Source: an uncultured Methanosarcinaceae archaeon (GTDB lineage Archaea > Halobacteriota > Methanosarcinia > Methanosarcinales > Methanosarcinaceae). Taken from it: a DNA stretch of 64,000 nucleotides. The first letter of the stretch is position 1. Every line of letters begins with the position of its first letter. This document shows, piece by piece, positions 1 through 10,866 of the stretch. The translations under genes and the position numbers were made by a program. The notes beneath the pieces were generated by a model. The model made no database searches. It was not told the DNA's origin and saw nothing but the letters and a program-made list of their open reading frames with translations. The DNA is taken from contig CAVTET010000006.1 in assembly GCA_963733675.1 (NCBI GenBank), positions 32,001 through 96,000 on the forward strand, read 5' to 3'.

Positions 1-2
1 TG

Positions 3-698
3 GCTTTTGCCCACGGCTTCAACATTCACTATAACCAGATCGTGCCCCCTAAAAATGTGGATGTTTTCATGGTTGCTCCCAAAGGTCCAGGTCATATTGT
101 AAGAAGGACCTACACAGAAGGTATAGGAGTCCCAGGCCTTATTGCAGTCTACCAGGACGCAACCGGAAGAGCGAGGGATCTTGCTCTTTCCTACGCCAAA
201 GGTATTGGTGCAACCAGGGCAGGCGTTTACGAGACAACCTTCCGTGAGGAAACAGAAACCGATCTTTTTGGAGAACAGGTGGATCTCTGCGGAGGGCTAT
301 CAGCGCTTATCAAGACAGCTTTTGAAGTGCTTGTAGAAGCAGGCTATCAGCCTGAAATGGCTTATTTTGAGACCTGTCATGAAGTCAAGCTAATAGTAGA
401 CCTCATCTACGAAGGGGGACTTGAGAGAATGTGGCACTCTGTTTCCAACACTGCAGAATACGGGGGCATGACAGTCGGGCCTAAGATAATCAATGAGCAC
501 TCACGCGAAGCTATGTGCAAAGCGCTCGAAAGAATTCAGAACGGCAAATTTGCCAAAGAATTCATTCTTGAAGGCATGGTCAATCATCCTGTGCTCAAAG
601 CTATGGAACGCCAGGAAAAGGAGCACCAGCTCGAAATTGTTGGGAAGCAAGTCCGGGAATGTATCCCCTGGCTCAACAAAAAAATTGACGATGATTGA
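3..698 (+). CDS. ilvC: Ketol-acid reductoisomerase, 5'-partial (runs off the window start)
   Basis: Frame is open from position 3: [46 protein letters not shown], all class I KARI motifs. Confidence 0.97.
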   Translation, partial: AFAHGFNIHYNQIVPPKNVDVFMVAPKGPGHIVRRTYTEGIGVPGLIAVYQDATGRARDLALSYAKGIGATRAGVYETTFREETETDLFGEQVDLCGGLSALIKTAFEVLVEAGYQPEMAYFETCHEVKLIVDLIYEGGLERMWHSVSNTAEYGGMTVGPKIINEHSREAMCKALERIQNGKFAKEFILEGMVNHPVLKAMERQEKEHQLEIVGKQVRECIPWLNKKIDDD

Positions 699-768
699 TC
701 ATACTCCATTAACCGTCTTTGAACATAAAGTTCATAAACCTAAAATAAAAAAATAACTTAAAGGGAAA

Positions 769-1314
769 ATGATGCCAAAAAAGGGAGAAAGTAAAGTTAT
801 TGACACTATCCTTAATAGACGAAGTGTCCGGGAGTTTATGGATAAACCCATCAGCAAAGAAGATATCAACACAATACTAAATGCAGGGCACTGGGCTCCG
901 TCCGGGTTGAACAATCAGCCCTGGCGTTTTATTGTTATACGAAACCAGGAAACTATTCAGAGAATCTCGGAATGCACTCATTATTCCGGTATCGTAGCAG
1001 GGGCTCCCCTGCTTATTGCAACTTTTCTGGACACCGAAAATTCCTACAACAGGACAAAGGATATAGAGGCTATAGGGGCTGCAATCCAGAATATGCTCCT
1101 TACGTGCTGTGAATTGGGCCTTGGCGGAGTCTGGCTTGGAGAAATTCTGAATAAAAAAGAGAAAATAAATTTTATTCTTGAATGCCCTTCAAATCTTGAG
1201 CTGATGTCAGCTCTCGCAATCGGAGAACCGATTCCAAAGGAAAGGACTTCAACACGCAAAGCTCTTAATGAAATTGCATTTGATGAAAAGTATGGAACGA
1301 GATGGGAAGAATAA
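769..1314 (+). CDS. Nitroreductase family protein
   Basis: RRSVREF, APSGLNNQPWRF and QNMLL..ELGLGGVWLG motifs. Confidence 0.93.
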   Translation: MMPKKGESKVIDTILNRRSVREFMDKPISKEDINTILNAGHWAPSGLNNQPWRFIVIRNQETIQRISECTHYSGIVAGAPLLIATFLDTENSYNRTKDIEAIGAAIQNMLLTCCELGLGGVWLGEILNKKEKINFILECPSNLELMSALAIGEPIPKERTSTRKALNEIAFDEKYGTRWEE

Positions 1315-1516
1315 ATCATGCTATAGACGGCTGAAACATATGTGAGTAACTGGGGGAATTCCCAGGCTAAGCTCCGGGAAGATTTTCTGTTTTAACTACA
1401 TTCCATGAAAATACATTATTCCATTAAGGATTAAATTTATAAGCCATTTAACATTATAACCAGCTAATTGAATGCAGCTTGTCTGTCGTTAACTTGTTCG
1501 AACTTTTTCACAATGA

Positions 1517-1588
1517 AGGTCTGTGGTGTAGAGGATATCACTGGAGCTTCCGAAGCTCTGAACCTGGGTTCGATTCCCAGCAGACCTG
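1517..1588 (+). tRNA. tRNA-Arg(CCG)
   Basis: Acceptor stem AGGTCTG/CAGACCT, anticodon arm GGAGC-TTCCGAA-GCTCT, T arm CTGGG-TTCGATT-CCCAG. CCA is not encoded. Confidence 0.93.
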
Positions 1589-1779
1589 TTACTGGAAACG
1601 GCCAGATTGTGAGACCTAATATAAACTGTATCTTTTGTACTTTAGGCTGCAGTACTTTTATTCTATCTTAATTATAAGCAATTAAGTCACTTTCTATATA
1701 GGCTTTACAAGGCACAAAATAAAAAAGGATATAATTATTGATGGTATCTATAATGTCTCACTGTATGGAAGGTATATAA

Positions 1780-1962
1780 ATGGTTTGTGGATTGGATCGT
1801 CGCTTCCTGTGTGTTGGGAAAAAGAGACTCTCCTTAGTCCAGTTGATTGTTATAGCATTGATACTATACGTCCTAGTACGGATACTTTTACCGCTTTTGT
1901 GGCTGCTCATTTTGATAGCAGCTTTGATTTTGCTACTAAAAGTAGTGATAAAACATATTTAG
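1780..1962 (+). CDS. Small membrane protein, two predicted TM helices
   Basis: 60-aa ORF with two long hydrophobic stretches and GGAAGG upstream. Confidence 0.55.
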   Translation: MVCGLDRRFLCVGKKRLSLVQLIVIALILYVLVRILLPLLWLLILIAALILLLKVVIKHI

Positions 1963-2270
1963 AGGGTTTTGATAAACTCCTAAATTCCGTTCTATTCTTA
2001 TAAATGGTATATTGCACATACAACAGGATGTTTAATTATGGATTCAAAGTGGACATCAAGAGATCTACTGACATTTAGGTATTTTTAAATTCAACCTGAT
2101 AAAATGGAAGACAAAAAAATAAGACTTAAGCACTTAAGGGCCAGAATCAAGCACAACATACTGTGGGGATAAATCATTAGTTTAGAGATTTAAATTTTTA
2201 ATCCTGTTTGTTTCCAGTTCAACCACGTAATTCCAGAGAGATAAACCAAAATTCTCAAAACCGAGATGTT

Positions 2271-2879
2271 ATGTTCGAAATAGAATATGCAAAAGCCCGG
2301 GTCAAGCTCGCGGATACAAATCTTATCTATGAACCAGCAGAAGACTCTTTTTTACTTGCCGATGTAGCCCTTAAGGAAGCAAACCAAGGAATGCGAATCC
2401 TTGAAATCGGAGCAGGTTCAGGCTTTGTATCTGCTGTACTCCTTGCCAACGTAAAGGAGATTATCCTAATTGCAACAGAAATTAATCCACATGCAGCTCT
2501 TTGTGCTAAAATAAATGGCTTGGAGTTGATCCGTACAGACCTTTTCAGAGGGATAAGATCCGAAAGCTCGGAAAATTGCTTTGACCTTATACTTTTTAAT
2601 GCACCCTACCTTCCCACTTCTAAAGAAGAAAAGGTTCCCGGGTGGTTGAACTATGCTTTTGACGGCGGTATCAATGGGAGAGAGACCCTATACCGATTTC
2701 TGGATGAAGTGAGGGGCTATACAAGGCCAGGGGGAAAGATTCTCGTACTAATATCCTCAATTACCGGGTTGGAAGCTGTTAAAAAAAAGATGAAAAATGT
2801 GGGATTCAAGACTGATATCGTAGGGAGGAAAAAGGTCTCTTTCGAAGAGTTGATGGTGGTAAGAGGGAAACTTTTGTGA
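2271..2879 (+). CDS. HemK2/MTQ2-family SAM-dependent methyltransferase
   Basis: YEPAEDSFLL, LEIGAGSG and FNAPY (NPPY-like) motifs. ATG at 2271 is preferred over TTG at 2208. Confidence 0.92.
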   Translation: MFEIEYAKARVKLADTNLIYEPAEDSFLLADVALKEANQGMRILEIGAGSGFVSAVLLANVKEIILIATEINPHAALCAKINGLELIRTDLFRGIRSESSENCFDLILFNAPYLPTSKEEKVPGWLNYAFDGGINGRETLYRFLDEVRGYTRPGGKILVLISSITGLEAVKKKMKNVGFKTDIVGRKKVSFEELMVVRGKLL

Positions 2880-3638
2880 ATCTCAAGAATACTTTGTTAC
2901 TATCTGATATTTTGAAGATAAATACAGATTTAGATTTTATTTTCTTATTTGCTCACTATTATCCATTGAAAGCTGGACTGATTTTTTAAGGTACTATCAT
3001 ATTGAAAAAATGTATGGTATTCTTGCGTACATCTGTGGAAAGCGGGTACTGTCATTATTTTTAAGAATAAAATACCATTTGATGTTTACTCTAAGGGAGT
3101 TACAATCTCGCTCTCAAGTATTTTTCACCTCAAGTTCTATATTCTATAAAATCAAATATGAAGTTCTTCGAATAAAAGGCTCAAATTACTGAAAGTATTA
3201 ATCCAATTTACTTTTTTGAACACTGATTTCATCGTTACTTTGGGTAGGAAGTCTGTTCTAGTTTGGTTTTCAAAAAAGTCTAAAAAACAGTCAATAGATT
3301 GCTACATAAAGCTAAAATGTGACTTGATTATGGATGTCAAGTTGGTCTTTTAGGCAATTCCACTGCCCAATTAATTGGTGATTCAAATTGGTAGAAGTAG
3401 TGAGCAAGTCTTGTGGTTTTGATACTCACAAAAGTTTTTATTCACTCATACTATTCTCTGAATATCCAGTGAAAAACAGTAGCAAATTTCAGTTAGCGAT
3501 GATTATGGTATCTTAGCCCTAAAAAGGGAGGTCATATAAGAAAATATGATGCTGTTGCTTGCGAGTCAACAAATGATTTTAGGCTTTCTATTTATGGTCC
3601 ATTGATAAAGAATCTATCTATTATAAATGGATACTATA

Positions 3639-4346
3639 TCAATTAATGTGATTTGTATAATTTAGGTTCCTAAATGTTATTTTAGGAAGAAAACTTATAT
3701 TTAGGTCGTGTGGATTCACACAAGTAATGACAGAAAGTATATATTTTTCATTCAAAATATAACTTGAATGGAAGACATTGCTAAGGTCAAGTTCTTTATT
3801 AAGATTGGCTAGCATACTTTTATTCGAAAACTTACTATATGCTTCTTTGAGAGTCCATACAATTAAGAGGTTATGATCATTTTCGAAATTTTTGGTTCTT
3901 AAAATTGGTTTGTACAGGTACTTCGAGATTTTTTTAGGAGAAAACAATTTTTCGAGCTCGATATCTATGCCAACTTTTATTTTAGATATCGCCAAGGAAG
4001 CAATGTTCCCAGTATATGATAGACATATATGTAGTTCTTCATGACCTCGCACATGAACCTTCCCATATTCATCTTTATATGTGCTTACGCTAGAGATGGA
4101 TTGTTCATTAAACAAGCAACATATTATATATTTTAAAACTTTCCTAGAAACTAGATACCTTTTCTTAAAATAGCTAGTTTTAAATATATCCATCTCTTCC
4201 TTTTCGGTTTCATCTAGGTGCTGAGTACTTAAAACATTATAATTATCCAGATCGACCAGCAAGATAATTATATCATTCTGTTCCCATAAATGAGGTATGT
4301 TTTTCAGAGGAATCTGAAATGGTAAATTTAAATATCTAATGAACAT
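3639..4346 (-). CDS. 4'-phosphopantetheinyl transferase, Sfp-like
   Basis: YGK, (I)CLSYTG, VGIDIE and WTLKEAYSK motifs; 235 aa, the size of an Sfp-type monomer. Confidence 0.85.
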   Translation of the reverse strand: MFIRYLNLPFQIPLKNIPHLWEQNDIIILLVDLDNYNVLSTQHLDETEKEEMDIFKTSYFKKRYLVSRKVLKYIICCLFNEQSISSVSTYKDEYGKVHVRGHEELHICLSYTGNIASLAISKIKVGIDIELEKLFSPKKISKYLYKPILRTKNFENDHNLLIVWTLKEAYSKFSNKSMLANLNKELDLSNVFHSSYILNEKYILSVITCVNPHDLNISFLPKITFRNLNYTNHIN

Positions 4347-4828
4347 TACAACTCACAATATATTTACTACAATCAACTCGTATATAAAATCCAGTTAATA
4401 AAATTTAATAAGTTTTAAAAGCCACAGGTCTTTATTCTAGCAAAATATTTCGTGAAGCTTACGGCCTGGAAGGAATTACAAGATGAATAATTGCTGATAA
4501 TTTTTAGAGTTTTGACGACTGATTTTTCACATTTATCTGACATATCAGTTTTGAACTCCAATATAAATATCTCAAGAAATAATCCTAAAATATATAAACG
4601 ATAAAGATATAGGGTATTCGGTCCTTAGCGACTCTACATGGGAGTAATAATATATTTAGCAATCATAATCATGATATTATAGAGGATTTCGAGAAACCTT
4701 CAATTTTCACAAGTCATTTTACACACCATTTATATGCACATAATGAAATTCAGAGATTTATTGAAATTTTCTATGATCTAATACAAGGCATTTATAACTC
4801 AAAATACCGTTAACTGAGGTGTACGAAA

Positions 4829-5131
4829 CTGCAGACTGCGGAAGAAAGGGTAAGAGCGAGATTGATAAAGTATCTCGGAAGGGACGAAGACGGGATACGC
4901 AAGGTTGTGCTCAATCTCTTCCTGACTGGAGACAAGTTTACCACCGGTGAAGTTTATGACTTTCTCGATAAAGGAAATTTTGAGGTAAGTTACCGTGGAG
5001 TTTCTGCCATGGTCGGGCTCATGAATACAAGGCTAGGAATCCTTAGCATAAATGTCACCGGGGATCATAACGTGTATTCCCTTAAAAGGAATTATAGAAG
5101 CATTGTCGGCTCTGTGCTTGAGAATTACTGA
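4829..5131 (+). CDS. DUF2551-family protein (winged-helix-like)
   Basis: KYLGRDEDGIRK..VSAMVGLMNTRLGIL. The frame extends up to a CTG at 4829, 7 nt after GAGGTG. Confidence 0.8.
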   Translation: MQTAEERVRARLIKYLGRDEDGIRKVVLNLFLTGDKFTTGEVYDFLDKGNFEVSYRGVSAMVGLMNTRLGILSINVTGDHNVYSLKRNYRSIVGSVLENY

Positions 5132-5709
5132 TTTTTGATATTTAAGTTTTATCGACTCCTATCGAAAAATGCCTTGTGGACAGGCTATCAGCTTTTTGCT
5201 GATAACTTCGAAAAACAGGCACTATTAATGACCAAGGATACTTGGGTATACTTTCGAGATAATTGTAATAGTAACCGAAGTCCCTAAATATTTAACTCAG
5301 GGGTAGTTCACTATAACTCAAATTGAACACATTTACATTAGCATATTTATATTACTGGTAAATTATGGATATGAATTACCAAAAAATTAAATTTAACAGC
5401 AAATTTTCCATAATAGTTGGGGTGGATAAAAGGAAAATTAATAAAGAAAACTTCAAAAGCGAAATATATCAAGCTGCTTTTTGATCAACCATTCTGTAGA
5501 TGTATATAGATATTGATTTATTTGCTCAATTGTGAAAATTTGTAGAATGTATAAGATATACTCTAGATCTCTTGAACAGAGACTCACAAACATCCATGTT
5601 AGTACTCTCGAGCGAAGCTAGAAGGACAACATACTACAAGAGCTGCAACTTTGCTAATACAATTATATAAGCCAAGGGAATATATACTTAAAAATAAAAG
5701 AGAACGAAA

Positions 5710-6204
5710 ATGACCTATTACATAGTAGATTCAGCAGTCTTTATAATGAGGAACTCTAATTTAAACAGTTCACTGATGATTACTGTCCCTTCTGTTGTGG
5801 ATGAATTAAAAAGCAGGGACTCGATGCTTTGTTATTATCTAGCAAAAGAAGGAGGTTTACGTGTTGAATGGCCAGAACCTGAGATGGTAAAAGAGATTAA
5901 GAGAAAGGCCGAGCATACCAGGGATTCAGAAGAACTCTCAAAAGCAGACCTAGAAATTCTTGCAAAAGCTCTTGAATATAGGGATAGGGGAGTACTTATT
6001 ACAGATGATTATGCAATCCAGAATGTTGCTTTGCAGCTTGGGATTAAGGTTAAACCTGTTGCCCAGAACAAAATTAAGGACATTATTATCTGGCAAAAGA
6101 AGTGTACTGGCTGCAAAAAAACTTTTGATAAGGGGGATGTCTGTACCATCTGCGGTTCTTCTCTAAAAAAAAAAAGGAAAAGGATAATAAGAGAAAAAAG
6201 TTAA
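5710..6204 (+). CDS. nob1: NOB1-family PIN endonuclease with Zn ribbon
   Basis: IVDSAVFI, LSKADLEILAKA and ITDDYAIQNVA motifs, plus CTGC..CTICG. Confidence 0.92.
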   Translation: MTYYIVDSAVFIMRNSNLNSSLMITVPSVVDELKSRDSMLCYYLAKEGGLRVEWPEPEMVKEIKRKAEHTRDSEELSKADLEILAKALEYRDRGVLITDDYAIQNVALQLGIKVKPVAQNKIKDIIIWQKKCTGCKKTFDKGDVCTICGSSLKKKRKRIIREKS

Positions 6205-6387
6205 TTTTAAGCTTGAAGAAAAAGATATAAAGCTATGATCTCATACTGTCTTAATTGAAAGAATTTATACTTAAACCTAATTTTTTGAGCAGTATTCCAA
6301 GTAATGATTGTGCGTAGAATTAACTACATAACTGCAAAAATAATTTGGAAATACAGCCAGATAAAAACTTCAGGTGGTAATGGAGGC

Positions 6388-7002
6388 ATGAAAAATATAG
6401 AGGATTTAATTCAGAAAGCTTTGGAATTGCAGAGCAATGGCCTTGTAACTGGCCAGATTGCCGATGAACTCAACGTTTCTAGAGAAACCGTTACCTGGCT
6501 ATTAACTCGTTCAAAAAAAGAAGCTGCTGCCCCCGCTCCGAAAGATATTTCTGTAAACTGGAGCAGTATCGGAAAAAGCGCTGCAAGACTCCACTACATC
6601 TCGCTTGCACTCTGCGATATGGTGCATGAGACCCTGGGAAAAACAAACGCTAAAGTGGATGCGGTCGTTGGTGTCGCTGCCAGTGGTATCCCCCTAGCAA
6701 GTATGATGGCAAATGAACTGGGAGCCGATTTAGTCATCTATCATTCAAGTAAAGGACAAGACACAGTACAGCCAGGCCATAAAGGGACTATAAGTAGAAA
6801 CTTCGGTACTGTTGAAGGTAAAAACTGTGTAATCGTGGACGATGTTATCACCACTGGTTCTACTACCATGGAAGTCATTGAGCAGCTAAGAGAAATGGAT
6901 GCAAAACCAAGAGTTGTAGTGGTTCTGGTTGATAAGAAAGGTGCAGATACAATAGCTAATGTTCCGATTCAATCTCTTGTAAGAATTGTGCGCTTGGACT
7001 GA
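6388..7002 (+). CDS. Orotate phosphoribosyltransferase-like (PyrE-like) protein with N-terminal HTH
   Basis: [21 protein letters not shown] and [16 protein letters not shown] loop; GGAGG just before ATG 6388. Confidence 0.9.
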   Translation: MKNIEDLIQKALELQSNGLVTGQIADELNVSRETVTWLLTRSKKEAAAPAPKDISVNWSSIGKSAARLHYISLALCDMVHETLGKTNAKVDAVVGVAASGIPLASMMANELGADLVIYHSSKGQDTVQPGHKGTISRNFGTVEGKNCVIVDDVITTGSTTMEVIEQLREMDAKPRVVVVLVDKKGADTIANVPIQSLVRIVRLD

Positions 7003-7021
7003 AGAAATAGGTTAAAAACAA

Positions 7022-7171
7022 GGTTCCGTTGCAAAAATAATATTTCTGCATTTTGACATTATAATTTTCACCTTTATGTATCATTTTCTTTATAATGAAA
7101 ATGATTAACTTTCCTAATTGTGAAGGTTTTTTCTGATTTTGCAAGAAAGCCAGATTTTTTGCAACGGAACC
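7022..7171. mobile_element. IS6-related MITE, type A copy 1 (150 bp)
   Basis: GGTTCCGTTGCAAAAA ... TTTTTGCAACGGAACC TIRs match the IS6 at 35702-36557. Non-coding; near-identical copies at 7736 and 12440. Confidence 0.92.
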
Positions 7172-7735
7172 ATAATTGCTGCCCAGGGGCTTATGACAAT
7201 GGCGATAATTCTACCTCCTACGGCATGGCCTGAGCTGCCACCTAGAACAGGTATATGAACATCATTATTACAAATGAGACTGCAGCTGATAGTGCTAACA
7301 GTGGTACCTGTTTGGACTTGAGCTATGCGGTCAGCTTCTGTCCTGCATAATACCATATCTGAATCATGATGATCCAAAACGCAATATATGTATGCGGCCT
7401 AAATATCCATCAGGAATGTGCATTTTTTCTCTTCCCTAACTAATTTTAGAACCATCTCCTAAATGTAGATGCAATCTGCATAATCTGTGAAAAAATTTAT
7501 TGTGAAAAAATCAAATTCTGTTTCAAAATGTATTTCTTTAGCGTGTCACTTTTCAATTGGATAATCTTATTCTGTATCAAGAGTTTTCCTAAGAGATCAT
7601 AGAGTATGTTGCCTACACATTAGGTTACTTCATAAATTTGTACAAAAAAATGGATTTAAACAATGAGGTTAACTTATTTCCACATAAATGTTTAACCTAA
7701 ATAATTGACTGAAATACAATTTTGGCAGCAATTAT

Positions 7736-7885
7736 GGTTCCGTTGCAAAAAATCTGGCTTTCTTGCAAAATCAGAAAAAACCTTCACAATTAGGAAAGTT
7801 AATCATTTTCATTATAAAGAAAATGATACATAAAGGTGAAAATTATAATGTCAAAATGCAGAAATATTATTTTTGCAACGGAACC
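7736..7885. mobile_element. IS6-related MITE, type A copy 2 (inverted relative to copy 1)
   Basis: Reverse complement of 7022-7171. Confidence 0.92.
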
Positions 7886-8486
7886 ATAGATAATTATATA
7901 AGGAAATATACTCACTCCTCATTATTAAAATCATATTTAAATAATTATTTTGGAACCTTTATGAAATAAATATTTGATTTTTTGCAAAACATTTGTTTCA
8001 TTATTCAATTCAGGAGAAAAGTGCAGATAATATGGAGTTAATAATTCATAGATCTGGAATAACGATGTAACCTACTTTTGATAGATTATGCGAATCGATA
8101 TAGAATCTTATTACGGAAGACGCATTTTATCGGTACAATATTTTAGAAAAAATAAAAAAGATCAGGAATAAAAAATGCAAGATATAACTTTGAATTATAA
8201 GAAGAAAACAGAAGTTTGGAGCTTATTTATACATTAAGATGTATATGCTTATTTTAAATTTTGGATAAATGAATTTTCAGTTTGGAAAAATCTTTATTTA
8301 ATACTATTTACTGAACTTCACTTTTCTATATAGTATCGATTTTTGGGAATACATTTTTTAAATAATAGTATAAGAATTATAATTTTCAATTTACAATTTA
8401 GGATTTGCAATTTATATAGTAAACACATCTAAATTACATTATTTGATTGTTGTTAACATTACACATAGGTATATGGAGTAACTAAT

Positions 8487-10866
8487 ATGCGGATCGGAGT
8501 ATATATTTGCCACTGCGGACTGAATGTTGCGGGAGTTATAGACGTTGTGGCCTTGCAGGAAATGGCAACTAAACTGGAAGATGTAGTGATTGCTCGGGAA
8601 ATTCAATTTTTGTGTTCCGATTCAGGACAGGAAGGTATTATCAAGGATATAAAGGAAAACAAAATAGAGAGGGTGGTAATAGCCGCCTGTTCCCCCAGGC
8701 TCACGAAAAGACCTTCAGGCATGTAATGGAAAAGGCAGGTTTGAATCCTTATCTTATGGAAATGGTGAACATAAGGGAACAGTGTTCCTGGGTGCACGCC
8801 GGAGATCCACAGATGGCAACTCAGAAAGCCCTTGATCTAATTAGAATGGGAGTTGCAAAGGCCAGGTTTCTGAAGGAACTGAGCGCGACAAGCTCTAAAG
8901 TCAGCAGAAATGTCCTTATTATAGGTGGAGGTGTTGCCGGAATTGAGGCCGCTCTGAACCTCGCAGAGGCTGGTTTTCCTGTAACCATGGTGGAAAAGGA
9001 TTCTACAATTGGGGGTAAAATGGCCCTTATGAATGAAGTATTTCCCACAAACGATTGTTCAATCTGCGTACTTGCCCCTAAAATGACCGAAGTTCAAAAT
9101 CATCCGAACATCACTCTTTATACCTATTCCGAAATAACCGACATTTCAGGGTCTGTTGGGAAATTTCACGTAAAAATTAAACGCAAACCTAGGTTCGTGC
9201 TCGAAAAAGAATGTAAAGGTTGTGTAGATCTCTGTTCAACTGTCTGTCCTGTGGAAATCGAAAATCCTATGGACTACGGGGTAGGAAAGACCAAGGCAAT
9301 ATATATGCCAATTCCTCAAGCTGTTCCTCAGGTAGTGCTTATTGACCCTGATCATTGTGTGGGCTGTGGACTCTGTTCGCAGGCTTGTCCTGCAGATGCT
9401 GTTGATTATGAGCAAAAAACCGAGGACATTGAGTTAGAAGTCGGAGCTGTCATTGTTGCAACTGGGTATCAGCTCTTTGACGCGTCCAGGAAAAAGGAAT
9501 ACGGGTTCGGGAAGTACCCGGATGTTATAACAAATATGCAGCTTGAGCGCATGCTGAACTCTTCAGGACCTACAGGTGGAAGAGTGCTTGTGCCTTCTAC
9601 TGGCAAGCCTCCGAAAAGAGTGGCATTCATTCAGTGTGTGGGATCTAGGGACAAAACCGTTGGAAACGAATATTGTTCAAGGGTCTGCTGCATGTCAGCA
9701 CTCAAGAACGCCCAAATGATCAAGGAACGCTACCCTGATACGGATATCACAATTCATTATATAGATATCAGGGCTGGGGGGAAATGTATGAAGAATATTA
9801 TGTAAGGACTCAAGAAATGGGCGTGGACTTCATCCGCGGGAAGGTTGCCGAAATTTACGTAGGAGAAGACGGTAAGCCTGTAATCCGTTATGAAAATACC
9901 CTTGAGTGCCGGCCCGAGGAAGAGGCCTATGATCTTGTTGTGCTTTCAACAGGTTCTGAACCAAGCAAATCCGCAGAAGGCATCGGAAGGATGTTAAACC
10001 TTTCACGGCGTCAGGATAGATTCTTTGCGAGTGCACATCCTAAAATGCGTCCTGTTGATGCGCCTGTTAGTGGGGTTTTCTTGGCAGGCTGCGCATCTGG
10101 ACCCAAGGAAATTCAGGTTTCGATTGCTCAAGGCAGTGCATGTGCCTCCAAGGTTATGCAGTTGCTTGGAACAGGCGAACTTGAAGCAGATCCAATGGGA
10201 GCTCATGTTGATTCAGAGAAATGTATCGGCTGCAAGACCTGTTTAGAAGTTTGCAAGTTTGGAAAAATTAGCATTGAAGACAAAAAAGCTATAGTAGACG
10301 AGATCTCATGCCATGGTTGCGGAGATTGCAGTGCCGTTTGTCCTGTCGGGGCAATTCAGATGAGAAACTTCGAAAACGAACAGATTCTAGCCCAGGTTCG
10401 GGAGGCAACTGCGAATAAGTCCCAGAGCCCTTTTATTGTGGCATTTCTATGCAACTGGTGCAGTTATGCTTGTGCAGACCTTGCCGGGATGTCCAGGCTC
10501 AGTTATCCAACAAATATCAGAATAATCCGCACAATGTGTTCCGCAAGGGTAAGTCCGGAATTTGTGCTTGAAGCTTTCAAAGGCGGAGCAGACGGGGTAC
10601 TTGTTGCAGGTTGCAGGTTGGATGAATGCCATTACATCTACGGTAATTTTGATGCAAAGCATCGTTTGGACGTCCTGAAAGAAATTCTTACAGAAATCGG
10701 GCTTGATCCTAGAAGGCTCAGAACCCTCTGGATCTCAGCTGCAGAGGGGGAACGTTTCGCAAGCACTATAACCGAGTTTGTGGAAGAACTCAAAGAAATT
10801 GGGTCAATAGGGACTGAACTCCAGAAGGACGAATCAATATCTACATCTGAGGAAGTGGCACAGTGA
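8487..10866 (+). pseudogene. hdrA: Heterodisulfide reductase subunit A with fused C-terminal MvhD domain (HdrA2 type), split by two single-base deletions (about 8701 and 9776-9781)
   Basis: MRIGVYICHCG, NIREQCSWVH, IIGGGVAG, FPTNDCSIC, QCVGSRD, YCSRVCC and the MvhD motifs FLCNWCSY/AGCRLDECHY are spread over three consecutive ORFs. Could be true lesions or sequencing errors. Confidence 0.93.

Noticed and set aside
1517-1588. A1:U72 first pair in tRNA-Arg(CCG)
   Set aside because: The stem is fully paired, and I cannot tell whether it differs from relatives without an alignment.
6956-7969. Near-identical short ORFs MQNQKKPSQLGK... (6956-7144 and 7763-7969), and ORFs 12325-12510 and 12068-12472
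   Set aside because: They are chance frames through the MITE copies and have different ends in each copy; there is no evidence they are genes.
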